A stretch of DNA of 64,000 bases from Ignavibacteria bacterium. Its GTDB lineage: Bacteria > Bacteroidota > Ignavibacteria > UBA10030 > SZUA-254. Position numbers and translations under genes: made by a program. The DNA is taken from NCBI GenBank assembly GCA_016178625.1, contig JACOSX010000135.1, positions 7,130 to 71,129 of the forward strand, given 5' to 3'. The stretch's first letter is position 1. Every line of letters begins with the position of its first letter. Below, piece after piece: positions 18,068 to 27,901 of the stretch. The notes beneath the pieces are model-generated. The model saw only the letters and a program-made list of their open reading frames with translations, was not told where the DNA came from and ran no database searches.

Positions 18068-18805
18068 TTGAGCACTCATCCGCAGATAAGCATCATCATC
18101 CCGACGCTTCAGGAAGAAAAGATACTCGCGCAAACGCTCGATCAGTTCACGCCGGCGCTCCGACAGCAATTCAACCTTGAAGTCATTGTGAGCGATGGCG
18201 GAAGTACGGACGGTACGCTGGCTATTGCTCGAGAGAGGTCAGACGTGGTTATCGAACATGCTGAACAGACCAGGCAGACCATCTCGGCTGGGCGGAACCG
18301 GGGCGCCGCAGTGGCGCACGGCGGAATACTGGTATTCCTCAATGCCGATGTAATGATAGAAGAACCGGAGAAATTTTTCTCAACGATGGTGAGAGTGATG
18401 GGTGAGGAGCGCGTCGCTGCCGCAACTTGCAACGTCAACATCTATCCTGAGGAAGAGCGGTTATCAGATTGGCTATTCCATAACTTCTTCAACGGCTATT
18501 TCTGGTTGTTGAATGTGCTTGGCCTGGGGATAGGAAGAGGTGAGTGTCATATAGTGCGGAAAAAGGTGTTTGAAGAGGGGGGACGGTACAACGAAAAGAT
18601 AGCCGCCGGTGAAGACGTTGAGTTGTTTAGACGATTAGGCCGGCGCGGAACGATTATCTTTGTTCGGACATTGACCGTCTTCGAATCGCCGCGGCGGTTT
18701 CGAAAATACGGCTATCTGTGGATCATTGTCCTCTGGATTCTGAATGATCTTGGTGTCGTATTTGCCCGACGGTCGATTGTTGATCATTGGAAACCGGTGA
18801 GGTGA
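18068..18805 (+). CDS. Family 2 glycosyltransferase
   Basis: ISIIIPTLQEEK, VSDGGSTDGT and FLNADV are GT2 signature blocks. TTG start with AGGAA upstream. Confidence 0.85.
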   Translation: MSTHPQISIIIPTLQEEKILAQTLDQFTPALRQQFNLEVIVSDGGSTDGTLAIARERSDVVIEHAEQTRQTISAGRNRGAAVAHGGILVFLNADVMIEEPEKFFSTMVRVMGEERVAAATCNVNIYPEEERLSDWLFHNFFNGYFWLLNVLGLGIGRGECHIVRKKVFEEGGRYNEKIAAGEDVELFRRLGRRGTIIFVRTLTVFESPRRFRKYGYLWIIVLWILNDLGVVFARRSIVDHWKPVR

Positions 18806-18891
18806 TGCATCTCTTGTCCTTATTTGACTTTAACTTGGATTTTAAATATACTTTTTAGAACAAGTATACTTTTGAGAACGAAGGATGTAGT

Positions 18892-20502
18892 ATGAAAAAG
18901 AGATTTTCGCTTACGACGGTCGGCGTGTTGTTCCTTGTCGCGCTCTTTCTTGGAATGCAGTTTAACAGCCTCATTTCGGGTGATAACATCTTCCTCCAGC
19001 TTGAGAAATTCAAAGATGTATTGAGTCACGCTGAAAAATATTATGTTGATGATGTCGATACGCCCAAGCTCGTCGAGTCAGCGATCGTCGGGATGTTGAA
19101 CCAACTCGATCCTCACTCTATATATATTCCAGCATCGCAGCTCCCAAAGATCAATGAAGACTTCCAGGGGAGTTTTGAAGGTATCGGTGTGCAATACCTT
19201 GTCAATAACGACACTCTCCTTGTAGATTTCCCCGTTCCCGGCGGTCCGAGTGAGGCATTAGGAATCATGGCAGGAGACAAGATTTTGAAGATCAACGACA
19301 CGTCTGCAATTGGCATCAAACAAGAGGATGTACCTAAGAAGTTACGGGGCCCCAAAGGGACTCACGTAAAAGTTTCCATCCTCCGAACTGGTGAGAAAAA
19401 CCTGATCGACTTCGACATCATCAGAGATAAAATCCCTCTGTACAGCATTGATGTCTCAATGATGTTAAATAATGAGGTCGGATACGTCAGCATAAACCGA
19501 TTCTCGGGAACTACTCACGATGAGTTTGTGAAGGCTGTACAGACTCTACGAGAGAAGGGAATGAAGCGGCTGATTCTCGATCTCCGTGGTAATCCGGGGG
19601 GGTATCTGGATCAAGCGTTCAAGATGGCAAATGAATTGCTCCCCGGTGGTCGTAAGATTGTCTACACAAAGGGCCGACGACCTGAATTCAACGAAGAGTA
19701 TACCAGTACTGGAGATGGGAAATTGACTGACGTACCGCTGATTGTTCTGGTCAATGTGCAGGCTGCGTCGGCGAGCGAAATTGTGTCAGGTGCAATCCAG
19801 GACTGGGATCGCGGTCTCATCGTTGGTGAAACCACCTTCGGCAAGGGTCTTGTGCAGCGACAATATGATCTCTCCGATAAATCTGCGTTTCGATTGACGA
19901 TCGCACGCTACTACACTCCGTCGGGTCGGCTTATCCAGAGGCCCTATGGAAAAGATACCGAAGCGTATCGCAAAGCTGCATTCGAGCGGGATGAAACGGA
20001 GGGTGAAAACGTCGAGCATAAAGAGGAGGTGAAGGATTCTACACGACCGGTCTTCAAGACTGCAAGTGGTCGCACTGTCTACGGTGGCGGTGGAATTACA
20101 CCCGACTATATTGTGAAGAGCGAGAAGTACTCATCATTGTTCATTCAGATATGGGCGAAGGGGGTGTTCCGCGAATTCTCACTTCACTATCGGGATGATC
20201 ATGGAAAAGAATTACGCGAAAAGTATGAGAAAGACCTTTCGAAGTTCCAGCACCAGTTTGTCGTTACCGATGACATGATGCGCGAGTTTGAATCGATCAT
20301 CAAGAAGAAGAGCATTTCTATCGATACTTCTCAGCAATATGAGAAAGACAAGTCAGCGATTCGAGCACGCGTCAAAGGAGAAATCGGCAGGGCATTATGG
20401 GGGAATGATGGCTTCTTTGTTACGATGGCGCCGGAAGATGTTCAGCTTCAGAAGGCATTGACACTCTTCCCAGAAGCTCAAAAAATAGCCGGTCTTCATT
20501 AG
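18892..20502 (+). CDS. ctp: S41-family carboxyl-terminal processing protease
   Basis: PDZ region (GIMAGDKILKIND), LDLRGNPGGYL, ASASEIVSGAIQD (Ser) and GETTFGKGLVQ (Lys). Confidence 0.9.
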   Translation: MKKRFSLTTVGVLFLVALFLGMQFNSLISGDNIFLQLEKFKDVLSHAEKYYVDDVDTPKLVESAIVGMLNQLDPHSIYIPASQLPKINEDFQGSFEGIGVQYLVNNDTLLVDFPVPGGPSEALGIMAGDKILKINDTSAIGIKQEDVPKKLRGPKGTHVKVSILRTGEKNLIDFDIIRDKIPLYSIDVSMMLNNEVGYVSINRFSGTTHDEFVKAVQTLREKGMKRLILDLRGNPGGYLDQAFKMANELLPGGRKIVYTKGRRPEFNEEYTSTGDGKLTDVPLIVLVNVQAASASEIVSGAIQDWDRGLIVGETTFGKGLVQRQYDLSDKSAFRLTIARYYTPSGRLIQRPYGKDTEAYRKAAFERDETEGENVEHKEEVKDSTRPVFKTASGRTVYGGGGITPDYIVKSEKYSSLFIQIWAKGVFREFSLHYRDDHGKELREKYEKDLSKFQHQFVVTDDMMREFESIIKKKSISIDTSQQYEKDKSAIRARVKGEIGRALWGNDGFFVTMAPEDVQLQKALTLFPEAQKIAGLH

Positions 20503-20525
20503 TTTCTGCATAAAGGTCAACACGC

Positions 20526-21395
20526 TTGTTTCCCAGCGGTGGGTCCCGACTCTGGAGTTATATTGCGTCGGTGATGTTCACTACTCACGCGTTCATCCAC
20601 GTTGCGTGGGGGGGTGATGTCTCCCATCATCAATCACGGACTCCGCAAATCAACATTCCACCCGATTCCGTTTTTCACGTTGGCGAAGAACTCACCTACA
20701 ATGTTAGCTACGCATCGTTCGACATCGGGCAAGTACGCATCAAGCTGATTGAGTCGGTCACGAAGGATCATCTCTCATATTACAAAGCGGAAGCGCACAT
20801 CGATTCGTATCGAGGTGTCCCCTTTGTCGATCTCCATGCAGTGTTCATGAGTCTCATGGACGGAGGCGTGTATGCGACACACTTCGAGAGCCGAACGAAA
20901 CAAGACAATGAATGGCCGGAGGTCAAATATGACTTCGATTATTCTCGCCACACCTTGGTCATTTCCCACAGTGTCTGGAAAACGAATAAGGTCGGAAGAC
21001 GTGATACTCTCTCACTCGATACCCTTTCTCAAGATGGGCTTTCTCTTTTCTACTTTGCACGAAAATACCTGTTCACCAAACAGAACATCAACATCCCGAC
21101 TGTTGTGAGTGAGAAAAAAGGAAACACGCTTATCAATTTTACACCCGACAGGAGAAAGGAAGAGATTGAAGCTGTGCAATATCCGATCGACCTTATCCAT
21201 TTCGAAGGTGAAGCAGGGTTCGTCGGGATCTTCGGGCTCACGGGTGGTTTCGAAGGTTGGTTCAGCAATGACGCGGCACGCGTCCCGATCCTCGCGAAGA
21301 TGAAAGTGATCATCGGAAGCGTTCGCATCGAGCTCATGAAATGGAAAAGAGAAGGATGGGCGCCTCCACAGTATCTCGAAGGGTTGTCAAAATGA
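20526..21395 (+). CDS. DUF3108-like protein
   Basis: GEELTYNVSYASFDIGQVRIKL and the C-terminal ...PILAKMKVIIGSVRIELM resemble the DUF3108 pattern. The start codon is uncertain (TTG 20526 or ATG 20574). Confidence 0.55.
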   Translation: MFPSGGSRLWSYIASVMFTTHAFIHVAWGGDVSHHQSRTPQINIPPDSVFHVGEELTYNVSYASFDIGQVRIKLIESVTKDHLSYYKAEAHIDSYRGVPFVDLHAVFMSLMDGGVYATHFESRTKQDNEWPEVKYDFDYSRHTLVISHSVWKTNKVGRRDTLSLDTLSQDGLSLFYFARKYLFTKQNINIPTVVSEKKGNTLINFTPDRRKEEIEAVQYPIDLIHFEGEAGFVGIFGLTGGFEGWFSNDAARVPILAKMKVIIGSVRIELMKWKREGWAPPQYLEGLSK

Positions 21396-21907
21396 TCCAC
21401 GCGTATCGGGGTATCCGGCCGACGATACACCCAAGTGTGTTTCTTGTCGATAGCGCGGAAGTTATCGGTGATGTTGTAATCGAAAAAGACGCGAGCGTTT
21501 GGTACAACAGCGTGATTCGCGGAGACGTCAATTTCATCCGCATCGGTGAACGGACAAACGTCCAAGATGGATGTTTGCTGCATGTAAGGCACAAGGAGTT
21601 TCCGCTTACCATAGGATCGAATGTTACGCTTGGACATGGAGTGATTGTCCATGGATGTACCATCAAGGATTTTTGTCTCATCGGAATGGGTGCCATTGTT
21701 CTTGATAATGCACAAATAAATTCCTATACTCTCGTTGCGGCTGGTGCAGTTGTTCGCAACGATGCTATTATCCCCGAAGGGGTGTTGGTCGCAGGAGTCC
21801 CCGCAAAGGTTGTGCGTGCACTTTCCCCGAAGGAGCGAGTAACAATCGAGGAATCGGCAGAACACTATGTTCAGTATATGAAGACGTATCGAGAATCCAC
21901 ATCGTGA
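21392..21907 (+). CDS. Gamma-carbonic-anhydrase-family / hexapeptide-repeat protein (YrdA/PaaY-like)
   Basis: IHPSVFLVDSAEVIGDVVIEKDASVWYNSVIRGDVNFIRIGERTNVQDGCLLH is the typical left-handed beta-helix family N-terminus. ATGA overlap with the preceding stop. Confidence 0.85.
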   Translation: MIHAYRGIRPTIHPSVFLVDSAEVIGDVVIEKDASVWYNSVIRGDVNFIRIGERTNVQDGCLLHVRHKEFPLTIGSNVTLGHGVIVHGCTIKDFCLIGMGAIVLDNAQINSYTLVAAGAVVRNDAIIPEGVLVAGVPAKVVRALSPKERVTIEESAEHYVQYMKTYRESTS

Positions 21908-21916
21908 GAGCAAGAT

Positions 21917-22813
21917 ATGCGATTGAAGTTTTGGGGAACACGCGGGTCGATCTCCACTCCCGGTAAACACACGGTTCGGTATGGGGGGAATACGCCCTGC
22001 ACGGAATTGCGTCTTTCAAATAATGAATTGATTATCCTTGACGATGGGACCGGTATCAGAAATCTCGGTGAAGCCTTAATCGAGAATGGGGAGTCGATCA
22101 AAGCTTACATTTTAATCTCCCACCCTCATTGGGACCATATCCAAGGGTTTCCGTTTTTCAAACCGGCATTTGTTTCAGGTAACGAACTCACGATCGTCGG
22201 AGGGGAAACGGACAAGGTTTCATTGCAGAAGATGATCTCCGATCAGATGAACAAAGTGTATTTTCCTGTCCAGCTCAATGAGCTTAAAGCAACCCTGAGG
22301 TTCTGTCGTGTCGAGGAAGAAGAGCTCAATGTTTTCGGTGCCCGCGTTCAAACCCTCTACGTGAACCACCCCTCGTTTGCCATTGGGTACAAGATTACGC
22401 ACGAAGGCAAGACGCTCGTGTACATCAGCGATAATGAGCCCTTTGACCGAAAAGTTTCCCAGGCAATCCGCAACGTCGATAAGGTCGTGACTGACAAATT
22501 CTCTCGGGCAAAGGGCGATCCGAATCAACGCGTCTTTGATTTTGTCCGCGATGCCGACGTACTGATCCACGATGCGACATACACCCCGGAGGAATACATC
22601 GATCGAGTTGGCTGGGGACACTCTCACTACCTGTTTACGTTGAAGGTCGCTGCCGAAGGGAATGTTAAACGGTTAATCCTTTTTCACCACGATCCAGCAC
22701 ATCATGATGAGAAAGTTGATGACATCCTCAAAACATGCAAGAAGGAAATTCGTAATAGACAGTACAAGTTCGATTGCTTGGCTGCTGCGGAAGGCATGGA
22801 AGTTGAAATCTGA
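21917..22813 (+). CDS. MBL-fold metallo-hydrolase
   Basis: LISHPHWDHIQGFPFF carries the HxHxDH motif. Later HD and H ligands are present. Confidence 0.8.
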   Translation: MRLKFWGTRGSISTPGKHTVRYGGNTPCTELRLSNNELIILDDGTGIRNLGEALIENGESIKAYILISHPHWDHIQGFPFFKPAFVSGNELTIVGGETDKVSLQKMISDQMNKVYFPVQLNELKATLRFCRVEEEELNVFGARVQTLYVNHPSFAIGYKITHEGKTLVYISDNEPFDRKVSQAIRNVDKVVTDKFSRAKGDPNQRVFDFVRDADVLIHDATYTPEEYIDRVGWGHSHYLFTLKVAAEGNVKRLILFHHDPAHHDEKVDDILKTCKKEIRNRQYKFDCLAAAEGMEVEI

Positions 22814-22857
22814 ATGATTCCCGTCGTGGCTTCATAAAGATTCTTTAATCACCCGGT

Positions 22858-22887
22858 ACTTGACATTGATAGGGGTCAGTAGTTATA
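22858..22887 (+). promoter_or_regulatory. Sigma70-like promoter upstream of the cold-shock gene (TTGACA-N17/18-TATATT)
   Basis: TTGACA at 22858-22863 and TTATAT/TATATT at 22881-22887, which would give a ~110-nt leader. A second TTGACA at 22946-22951 with TAAATA at 22870... is also possible. Confidence 0.35.
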
Positions 22888-22998
22888 TTTGCTCCAGCAT
22901 AGAGAGCTTGAAGGGAAAATGAGAATATTCTGCCCAGATCGGTTGTTGACAATTTGTTGCATGGACATGTAAATAGTCGAGAAAGGGAGGGTCGATCG

Positions 22999-23208
22999 AT
23001 GTCAGTAGGCAAAGTAAAGTGGTTTGATGGCAAGAAGGGATATGGATTTATCATCCCGAACGACCGTGAAGTCGATGTGTTCGTTCATTACACTGCCATC
23101 AAAATGGAAAGCGGGCATAAAACGTTAAAGGAGGGGATGGAAGTTCAGTTCGATTTGACAGAAGGCAAAAAAGGATTGCAGGCTCTCAACGTTGTGGTGT
23201 TGCTATAG
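22999..23208 (+). CDS. cspA: Cold-shock protein (CspA family)
   Basis: MSVGKVKWFDGKKGYGFIIPNDREVDVFVHYTAI carries the RNP1 (KGYGFI) and RNP2 (VFVHY) motifs. SD GGGAGG lies upstream of ATG 22999. Confidence 0.95.
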   Translation: MSVGKVKWFDGKKGYGFIIPNDREVDVFVHYTAIKMESGHKTLKEGMEVQFDLTEGKKGLQALNVVVLL

Positions 23209-23235
23209 CTGACGAGTCAACATACAAGCATGGTG

Positions 23236-23279
23236 CCCCGGGTGTCCGACTCATCGACGAGTTAACAGCCGGGGTTTTT
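23236..23279 (+). terminator. Possible intrinsic terminator after csp (weak)
   Basis: CCCCGG (23236-41) pairs with CCGGGG (23269-74) and is followed by TTTTT. The loop is long (27 nt), so this is tentative. Confidence 0.35.
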
Positions 23280-23307
23280 ATTCTTACCATCAAGGAACAA
23301 GTATAGG

Positions 23308-23772
23308 ATGGCATTCTCGTTTAGAGACGGTGATTTCAAAAAGTTGAGCAAGATTCTCGGTGTTCCCGCGAAGCACAAGGGAAATAATATTCGGTTTGAA
23401 CTTGAGGGGAAAGGTGCCCAGCGAAAACTCGCTCTTGAAATCTATCCCGGCATTGTTATCGGTAATCGTCGCGGAAATCTGATTTCTGTGTATACTGCAA
23501 GCGCTCACCTCCAACTACATTTTTGCTCTGGCTTCGTGGTGAGTCAGATGTTGAATGAGGTGACCTTCATCGGCGAACATAATGGAAAACTCTGCGGTTT
23601 GATCATTGAAAAAGAAGGTGGTTGTTCACTCTATGCGAATGTCGATCGGGAAATGCTCTCCGGTGATTTCACGCGGCTTGGACCGGAAGTGATGCTCTCA
23701 GGTATCGCATTATCGTTGACTGAAACAATCTTGCCGGAACGGAAAAGTCGTGCGAAGCGTAAGCCGACATGA
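23308..23772 (+). CDS. Hypothetical protein (154 aa), translationally coupled to ybeY
   Basis: Intact ORF whose stop overlaps the ybeY start (ATGA). No family was recognised. Confidence 0.5.
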   Translation: MAFSFRDGDFKKLSKILGVPAKHKGNNIRFELEGKGAQRKLALEIYPGIVIGNRRGNLISVYTASAHLQLHFCSGFVVSQMLNEVTFIGEHNGKLCGLIIEKEGGCSLYANVDREMLSGDFTRLGPEVMLSGIALSLTETILPERKSRAKRKPT

Positions 23773-24206
23773 TCCATGTTCACGTATTCAATGCTCACCC
23801 CAAGAAGAGAATCCGTTCGAAAGAAACTATGCATTTGGTGCGACGTGTTTTACAGGGCGAGTGCAAAGGTGAAGCTGAGATCAATGTTATTGCCATTCAC
23901 GATCGGGCAATGTTGGCGCTGAATTCAACATACCTCGGGCACTATTATGCGACGGATGTCTTGAGCTTCCCGCTCAGCGAAGACAAGAAGAAGCTTGAAG
24001 GAGAAGTATATGTGAACCTTGATCAGGCGCGGCGGCAAGCGCGGGAGTATGGGGTTTCGATGAACAATGAGTGTGTGCGTCTCGTGATTCATGGCGTGCT
24101 TCATCTTGTAGGCTACACGGACGTGACGGCGAGGGAGAAAAAACGCATGACTAAGCGCGAGAACGGTTATTTAGCAGTTAAGGAAATTGTCGGAAGTCTA
24201 GTATAG
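23769..24206 (+). CDS. ybeY: rRNA maturation RNase YbeY
   Basis: The C-terminal VIHGVLHLVGYTD metal-binding motif (HGxLHLxGY) and ~145 aa size fit YbeY. Confidence 0.9.
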   Translation: MIHVHVFNAHPKKRIRSKETMHLVRRVLQGECKGEAEINVIAIHDRAMLALNSTYLGHYYATDVLSFPLSEDKKKLEGEVYVNLDQARRQAREYGVSMNNECVRLVIHGVLHLVGYTDVTAREKKRMTKRENGYLAVKEIVGSLV

Positions 24207-24281
24207 GACAAATCGAGAGTCGATATTGCAGTTATGGAAATCATCGTTGGTTCGTTAGATCGTTGAACTCATAGGGAATAG

Positions 24282-26603
24282 ATGGGAAAATCAGTATTAA
24301 TTGTAGAGTCGCCGGCGAAAGCTAAGACCATCAATAAGTATTTGGGCAAGGACTATGTTGTGTATGCTTCTGTAGGACATATCAAGAATCTCCCAAAGAG
24401 CAAGATCGGCGTAGATATTGAGGCAGGATATACCCCAACCTTCGAAACAATTAGTGGCAAGGAGGAAGTTGTTGAACGGTTGCGCGAAGCGGCAGCGAAA
24501 GCAGAAGACGTCTATATCGCGACTGACCCCGACAGGGAAGGGGAAGCAATCGCCGCGGACATCGCTGAGGAAATCTCAGATAAGAATTCCAACATTCACC
24601 GCGTTCTTTTCCACGAAATCACCGAGCGCGGCATCGCTGAAGCGATGAAACATCCCAAGAAGATCAATGATGACATCGTTGCCAGCCAGCGTGCCCGTCG
24701 AGTCATGGATCGAATCGTTGGCTATAAGATTAGCCCCTTTGTCTGGAAGACCATGTTTTATGGACTCTCTGCGGGCCGCGTTCAGTCCGTTGCCCTTCGG
24801 TTGATCTGCGAACGCGAGGTGGAGGTCAACGCGTTTATGCCAACCGAGTATTGGTCGATCATTGGTGAGTTTAAGATGCACACGAGCGATGCATTCTACG
24901 CGAAGCTTTTCAGGATTGACGGGAAGGATCTCTTTGTCCCTTCAAAAGACGCGCTTACTGAAATTCAACATAAGGGAACCCACGACAAGTTTACCTACAT
25001 CCCTTCCGAAAAAGACGCGAAGCATTATATAGAGGACATCAATGGGCAATCATTTTCGATTGCCAATGTCCAGAAACGAGATATACGCCGTAATCCATTG
25101 CCTCCATTTATTACGAGCACGTTGCAACAGGAAGCCTCGCGGAAGTTGTATCTCTCGGCATCGCGTACGATGAAGCTCGCCCAAAAACTCTATGAAGGAA
25201 TCGAGATGGGCGCCGAGGGTTCGGCAGGTCTCATTACCTACATGCGTACCGACTCAACACGATTAAGCGATGACGCGGTGGCGAGCGTTCGGGAGTATAT
25301 TTATAATAATTATGGAAAAGAATATCTTCCCAAACATCCCCACCTCTACAAGAAGAAAAAGACTTCTCAGGATGCACACGAGGCGATTCGACCGACATCG
25401 ATGAAGTATACACCGGGCTTCGTCAAGAAATATTTGGATAAGGATCTCTACCGACTCTATGAATTGATTTGGAACCGCTTTGTCGCGTGCCAGATGGAAT
25501 CTGCAATCATGGAAACAACCACGGTTGTCATCGAGGGGGGAAAATATCAATTTAAGGCTACGTCATCGTACTACAAGTTTAGAGGGTTCCTCCAAGTGTA
25601 CGATGATGCCGCTAATGCGGAGAAGCAAGAAGAAGAGGATCCGGAAGTTCGCGACGAAAAACTGCCGCAGAATCTTGCTGAGGGTCAAGCGGCCCGTCTG
25701 GTGAGTGTAGTGCCGCACCAACACGAAACGTCTCCACCTCCGCGCTACACGGAAAGTAGTTTAGTGAAAACACTCGAGGCGTTAGGTATCGGCAGACCGA
25801 GCACGTACGCGATGATTGTTAGCACGATCATGGATAGAAAATACGTCGAACAGCGCGAGAGAAAGTTATATGCGTTGCAACTGGGTATGGAAGTCAATAA
25901 ACTGCTGACAACTCACTTCCCAAACATCTTCAATGTACGATTCACTGCGAAGATGGAAGAGGAACTCGATACGATTGCCTCAGGGAAGAACGAGTATAAG
26001 GCGGTCTTAGATGATTTCTACATTCCCTTTCACGAGTCGCTGGAGAAAGCGTCGAAGAAAGCATCTGCTATCAAGAAATCTTTGCAGGTGGAAACGGAGG
26101 AAGCATGTGAAGTATGCGGTAAGCCTATGATTATCAAGTGGGGGCGCAATGGAAAGTTCATGGCATGTAGCGGTTATCCCTCATGCAAGACGACTAAGCC
26201 ATTGCCTGAGGATCAAGAGAAGGTTCAACACATGGTAGGACTTAAGTGTGAAGTCTGCGGTGGAGAGATGTTAGTTCGCTCGAGCCGGTTTGGGACATTC
26301 CTTGGCTGTTCAAACTATCCCAAATGCAAGAACACTAAGCCGATTACTATGGGAATTAAATGTCCCAAGTGTCAGAGCGGGGAGCTTCTCGAACGGAAGA
26401 CCAAACGCAAACGGACGTTTTACGGGTGTTCGCGTTATCCGGAATGCGACTTTGCATCATGGGATAAGCCTTCGAATCAACCGTGCGAGACTTGCGGCGC
26501 ACCGTTTATGGTCATAAAGTATTCAGAAAAGCGGGGTGAGTACTTAAAATGTCCTTCGTGCAAGAGCGAGGTTGAAAAGCTTGACGTTGCCGTTGCAGGG
26601 TGA
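24282..26603 (+). CDS. topA: DNA topoisomerase I (type IA) with four C-terminal zinc ribbons
   Basis: The Toprim N-terminus is LIVESPAKAKTINKYLG, and the active-site region is GLITYMRTDS. Four CxxC...C..C modules are present (CEVCGKPM, CEVCGGEM, CPKCQSGE, CETCGAPF). Confidence 0.97.
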   Translation: MGKSVLIVESPAKAKTINKYLGKDYVVYASVGHIKNLPKSKIGVDIEAGYTPTFETISGKEEVVERLREAAAKAEDVYIATDPDREGEAIAADIAEEISDKNSNIHRVLFHEITERGIAEAMKHPKKINDDIVASQRARRVMDRIVGYKISPFVWKTMFYGLSAGRVQSVALRLICEREVEVNAFMPTEYWSIIGEFKMHTSDAFYAKLFRIDGKDLFVPSKDALTEIQHKGTHDKFTYIPSEKDAKHYIEDINGQSFSIANVQKRDIRRNPLPPFITSTLQQEASRKLYLSASRTMKLAQKLYEGIEMGAEGSAGLITYMRTDSTRLSDDAVASVREYIYNNYGKEYLPKHPHLYKKKKTSQDAHEAIRPTSMKYTPGFVKKYLDKDLYRLYELIWNRFVACQMESAIMETTTVVIEGGKYQFKATSSYYKFRGFLQVYDDAANAEKQEEEDPEVRDEKLPQNLAEGQAARLVSVVPHQHETSPPPRYTESSLVKTLEALGIGRPSTYAMIVSTIMDRKYVEQRERKLYALQLGMEVNKLLTTHFPNIFNVRFTAKMEEELDTIASGKNEYKAVLDDFYIPFHESLEKASKKASAIKKSLQVETEEACEVCGKPMIIKWGRNGKFMACSGYPSCKTTKPLPEDQEKVQHMVGLKCEVCGGEMLVRSSRFGTFLGCSNYPKCKNTKPITMGIKCPKCQSGELLERKTKRKRTFYGCSRYPECDFASWDKPSNQPCETCGAPFMVIKYSEKRGEYLKCPSCKSEVEKLDVAVAG

Positions 26604-26614
26604 TCAGATCATTC

Positions 26615-27520
26615 ATGAAAGAGTATATCCGAACATATCTTGACTACATTGGGAAGGAGCGAAATTATTCTCGCCACACGTGTGGCGCGTATGAGGATGA
26701 TCTCGGTCAATTCTATGATTTCCTCCTTCGCCATTTCTCTGGCTCAGGATTTTCGATCTCTTCGATCGACCAGCTCACTATTCGACTCTTTCTTGGTGAC
26801 CTCCTAGAACACGGCAAGAGTAAGAAAAGTGTGGCTCGTAAGCTTGCGGCGGTTCGATCGTTTTTTAAATATCTTGTGAAGCAAAAGATTGTTGCTTATA
26901 ACCCGGGGATCAACGTCGTAACACCGCGACTGCCGAAGCGATTGCCCACATTTCTGGACGAGCCGTCGATTGCAACGATGATGAAGCTTCCCGACTGCTC
27001 TACTGTGATGGGGGTGCGCGACCGGGCTATTCTTGAGCTTCTGTATGGAACAGGCATTAGACTGAGTGAGCTCATTCAACTGGATCTTGGTGATATCGAC
27101 TTGAAAAATGATACGGTGAAAGTGTTTGGGAAAGGAAGAAAACATCGGATTGTGCCGCTGGGGAGAAAAGCGAAAGCAGCCATGATTGATTACTTCGGCC
27201 AGAGGGAAACTCTGTTTTCTACTCGCACCCGCACCGAAGACCGGACCGCGGTATTTCTTTCTGCGCGGGGACAGCGTATATATCCGAAGGGTGTCCATCT
27301 CATTGTGAGCAGGTATATTGGGTCAGTGTCTGAGTTAGAGAGGAAAAGTCCCCACGTCCTTCGCCACACATTTGCAACACATCTATTGAATCGTGGTGCC
27401 GACCTACGCGCCGTAAAAGAGTTACTCGGTCACGAGAGTTTATCTACTACACAAATTTATACTCATGTAACTGTTGACCGCCTCAAGAGGATTTACACGC
27501 AAGCGCATCCGAAGGCGTAA
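26615..27520 (+). CDS. xerC: Tyrosine site-specific recombinase XerC/XerD family
   Basis: N-terminal SAM-like domain (YLDYIGKERNYSRHTCGAYEDDL). The catalytic blocks are GTGIRLSEL, HVLRHTFATHLL, GADLRAVKELLGHESLSTTQIYTHV. A GTG at 26600 is an alternative start. Confidence 0.9.
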   Translation: MKEYIRTYLDYIGKERNYSRHTCGAYEDDLGQFYDFLLRHFSGSGFSISSIDQLTIRLFLGDLLEHGKSKKSVARKLAAVRSFFKYLVKQKIVAYNPGINVVTPRLPKRLPTFLDEPSIATMMKLPDCSTVMGVRDRAILELLYGTGIRLSELIQLDLGDIDLKNDTVKVFGKGRKHRIVPLGRKAKAAMIDYFGQRETLFSTRTRTEDRTAVFLSARGQRIYPKGVHLIVSRYIGSVSELERKSPHVLRHTFATHLLNRGADLRAVKELLGHESLSTTQIYTHVTVDRLKRIYTQAHPKA

Positions 27521-27541
27521 CGATAATGATTGGGAGTTCTT

Positions 27542-27901
27542 ATGGATATACATTTTACAGCGAGGAAATTCAAGGCGCGCGATAGCATAAGAGAACATGC
27601 CATTGAAGCGATCAAGAAGCTTGATAAATATTACGACGGTATCGTCCGCGGGGATATCATTCTGAGTTACGAGCGTACGACAAAGAGCCTGAAAACCGCC
27701 GAGATCAATCTTCATGTGTACGGAACTATTCTTACTGCAACAGAAAAATCCGACGACTATCTCAAGTCAATATATTTAGCGATTGATAAGCTTGAGCGCC
27801 AATTGGCAAAATATAAAATGAAGCTCAGAATGAAAAATAAGAAAACATTGAGGCGTGTCAAAGAAGAAGTCGGTGTTCCCATCTCAGAGGATGAAGAATG
27901 A
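27542..27901 (+). CDS. hpf: Ribosome hibernation promoting factor / RaiA family (short form)
   Basis: MDIHFTARKFKARDSIREHAIEAIKKLDKYYDGIV...AEINLHV is the typical sigma54-modulation / S30EA protein pattern. Confidence 0.85.
   Translation: MDIHFTARKFKARDSIREHAIEAIKKLDKYYDGIVRGDIILSYERTTKSLKTAEINLHVYGTILTATEKSDDYLKSIYLAIDKLERQLAKYKMKLRMKNKKTLRRVKEEVGVPISEDEE

Noticed and set aside
23211-23275. Direct repeat GACGAGTCAACA / GACGAGTTAACA and crossing stems downstream of csp, suggesting a pseudoknot or regulatory RNA.
   Set aside because: The stems are short (6-8 bp) with mismatches. The simplest reading is a weak terminator region, and there is no supporting conservation information.
24100-24135. 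YbeY motif reads HGVLHLVGYTD, with Asp where E. coli has the third zinc-ligand His (GYDH). This could mean an inactive enzyme.
   Set aside because: From memory, a GY.D variant is common in FCB-group YbeY proteins, and Asp can ligate zinc. It is probably lineage-typical rather than a defect.
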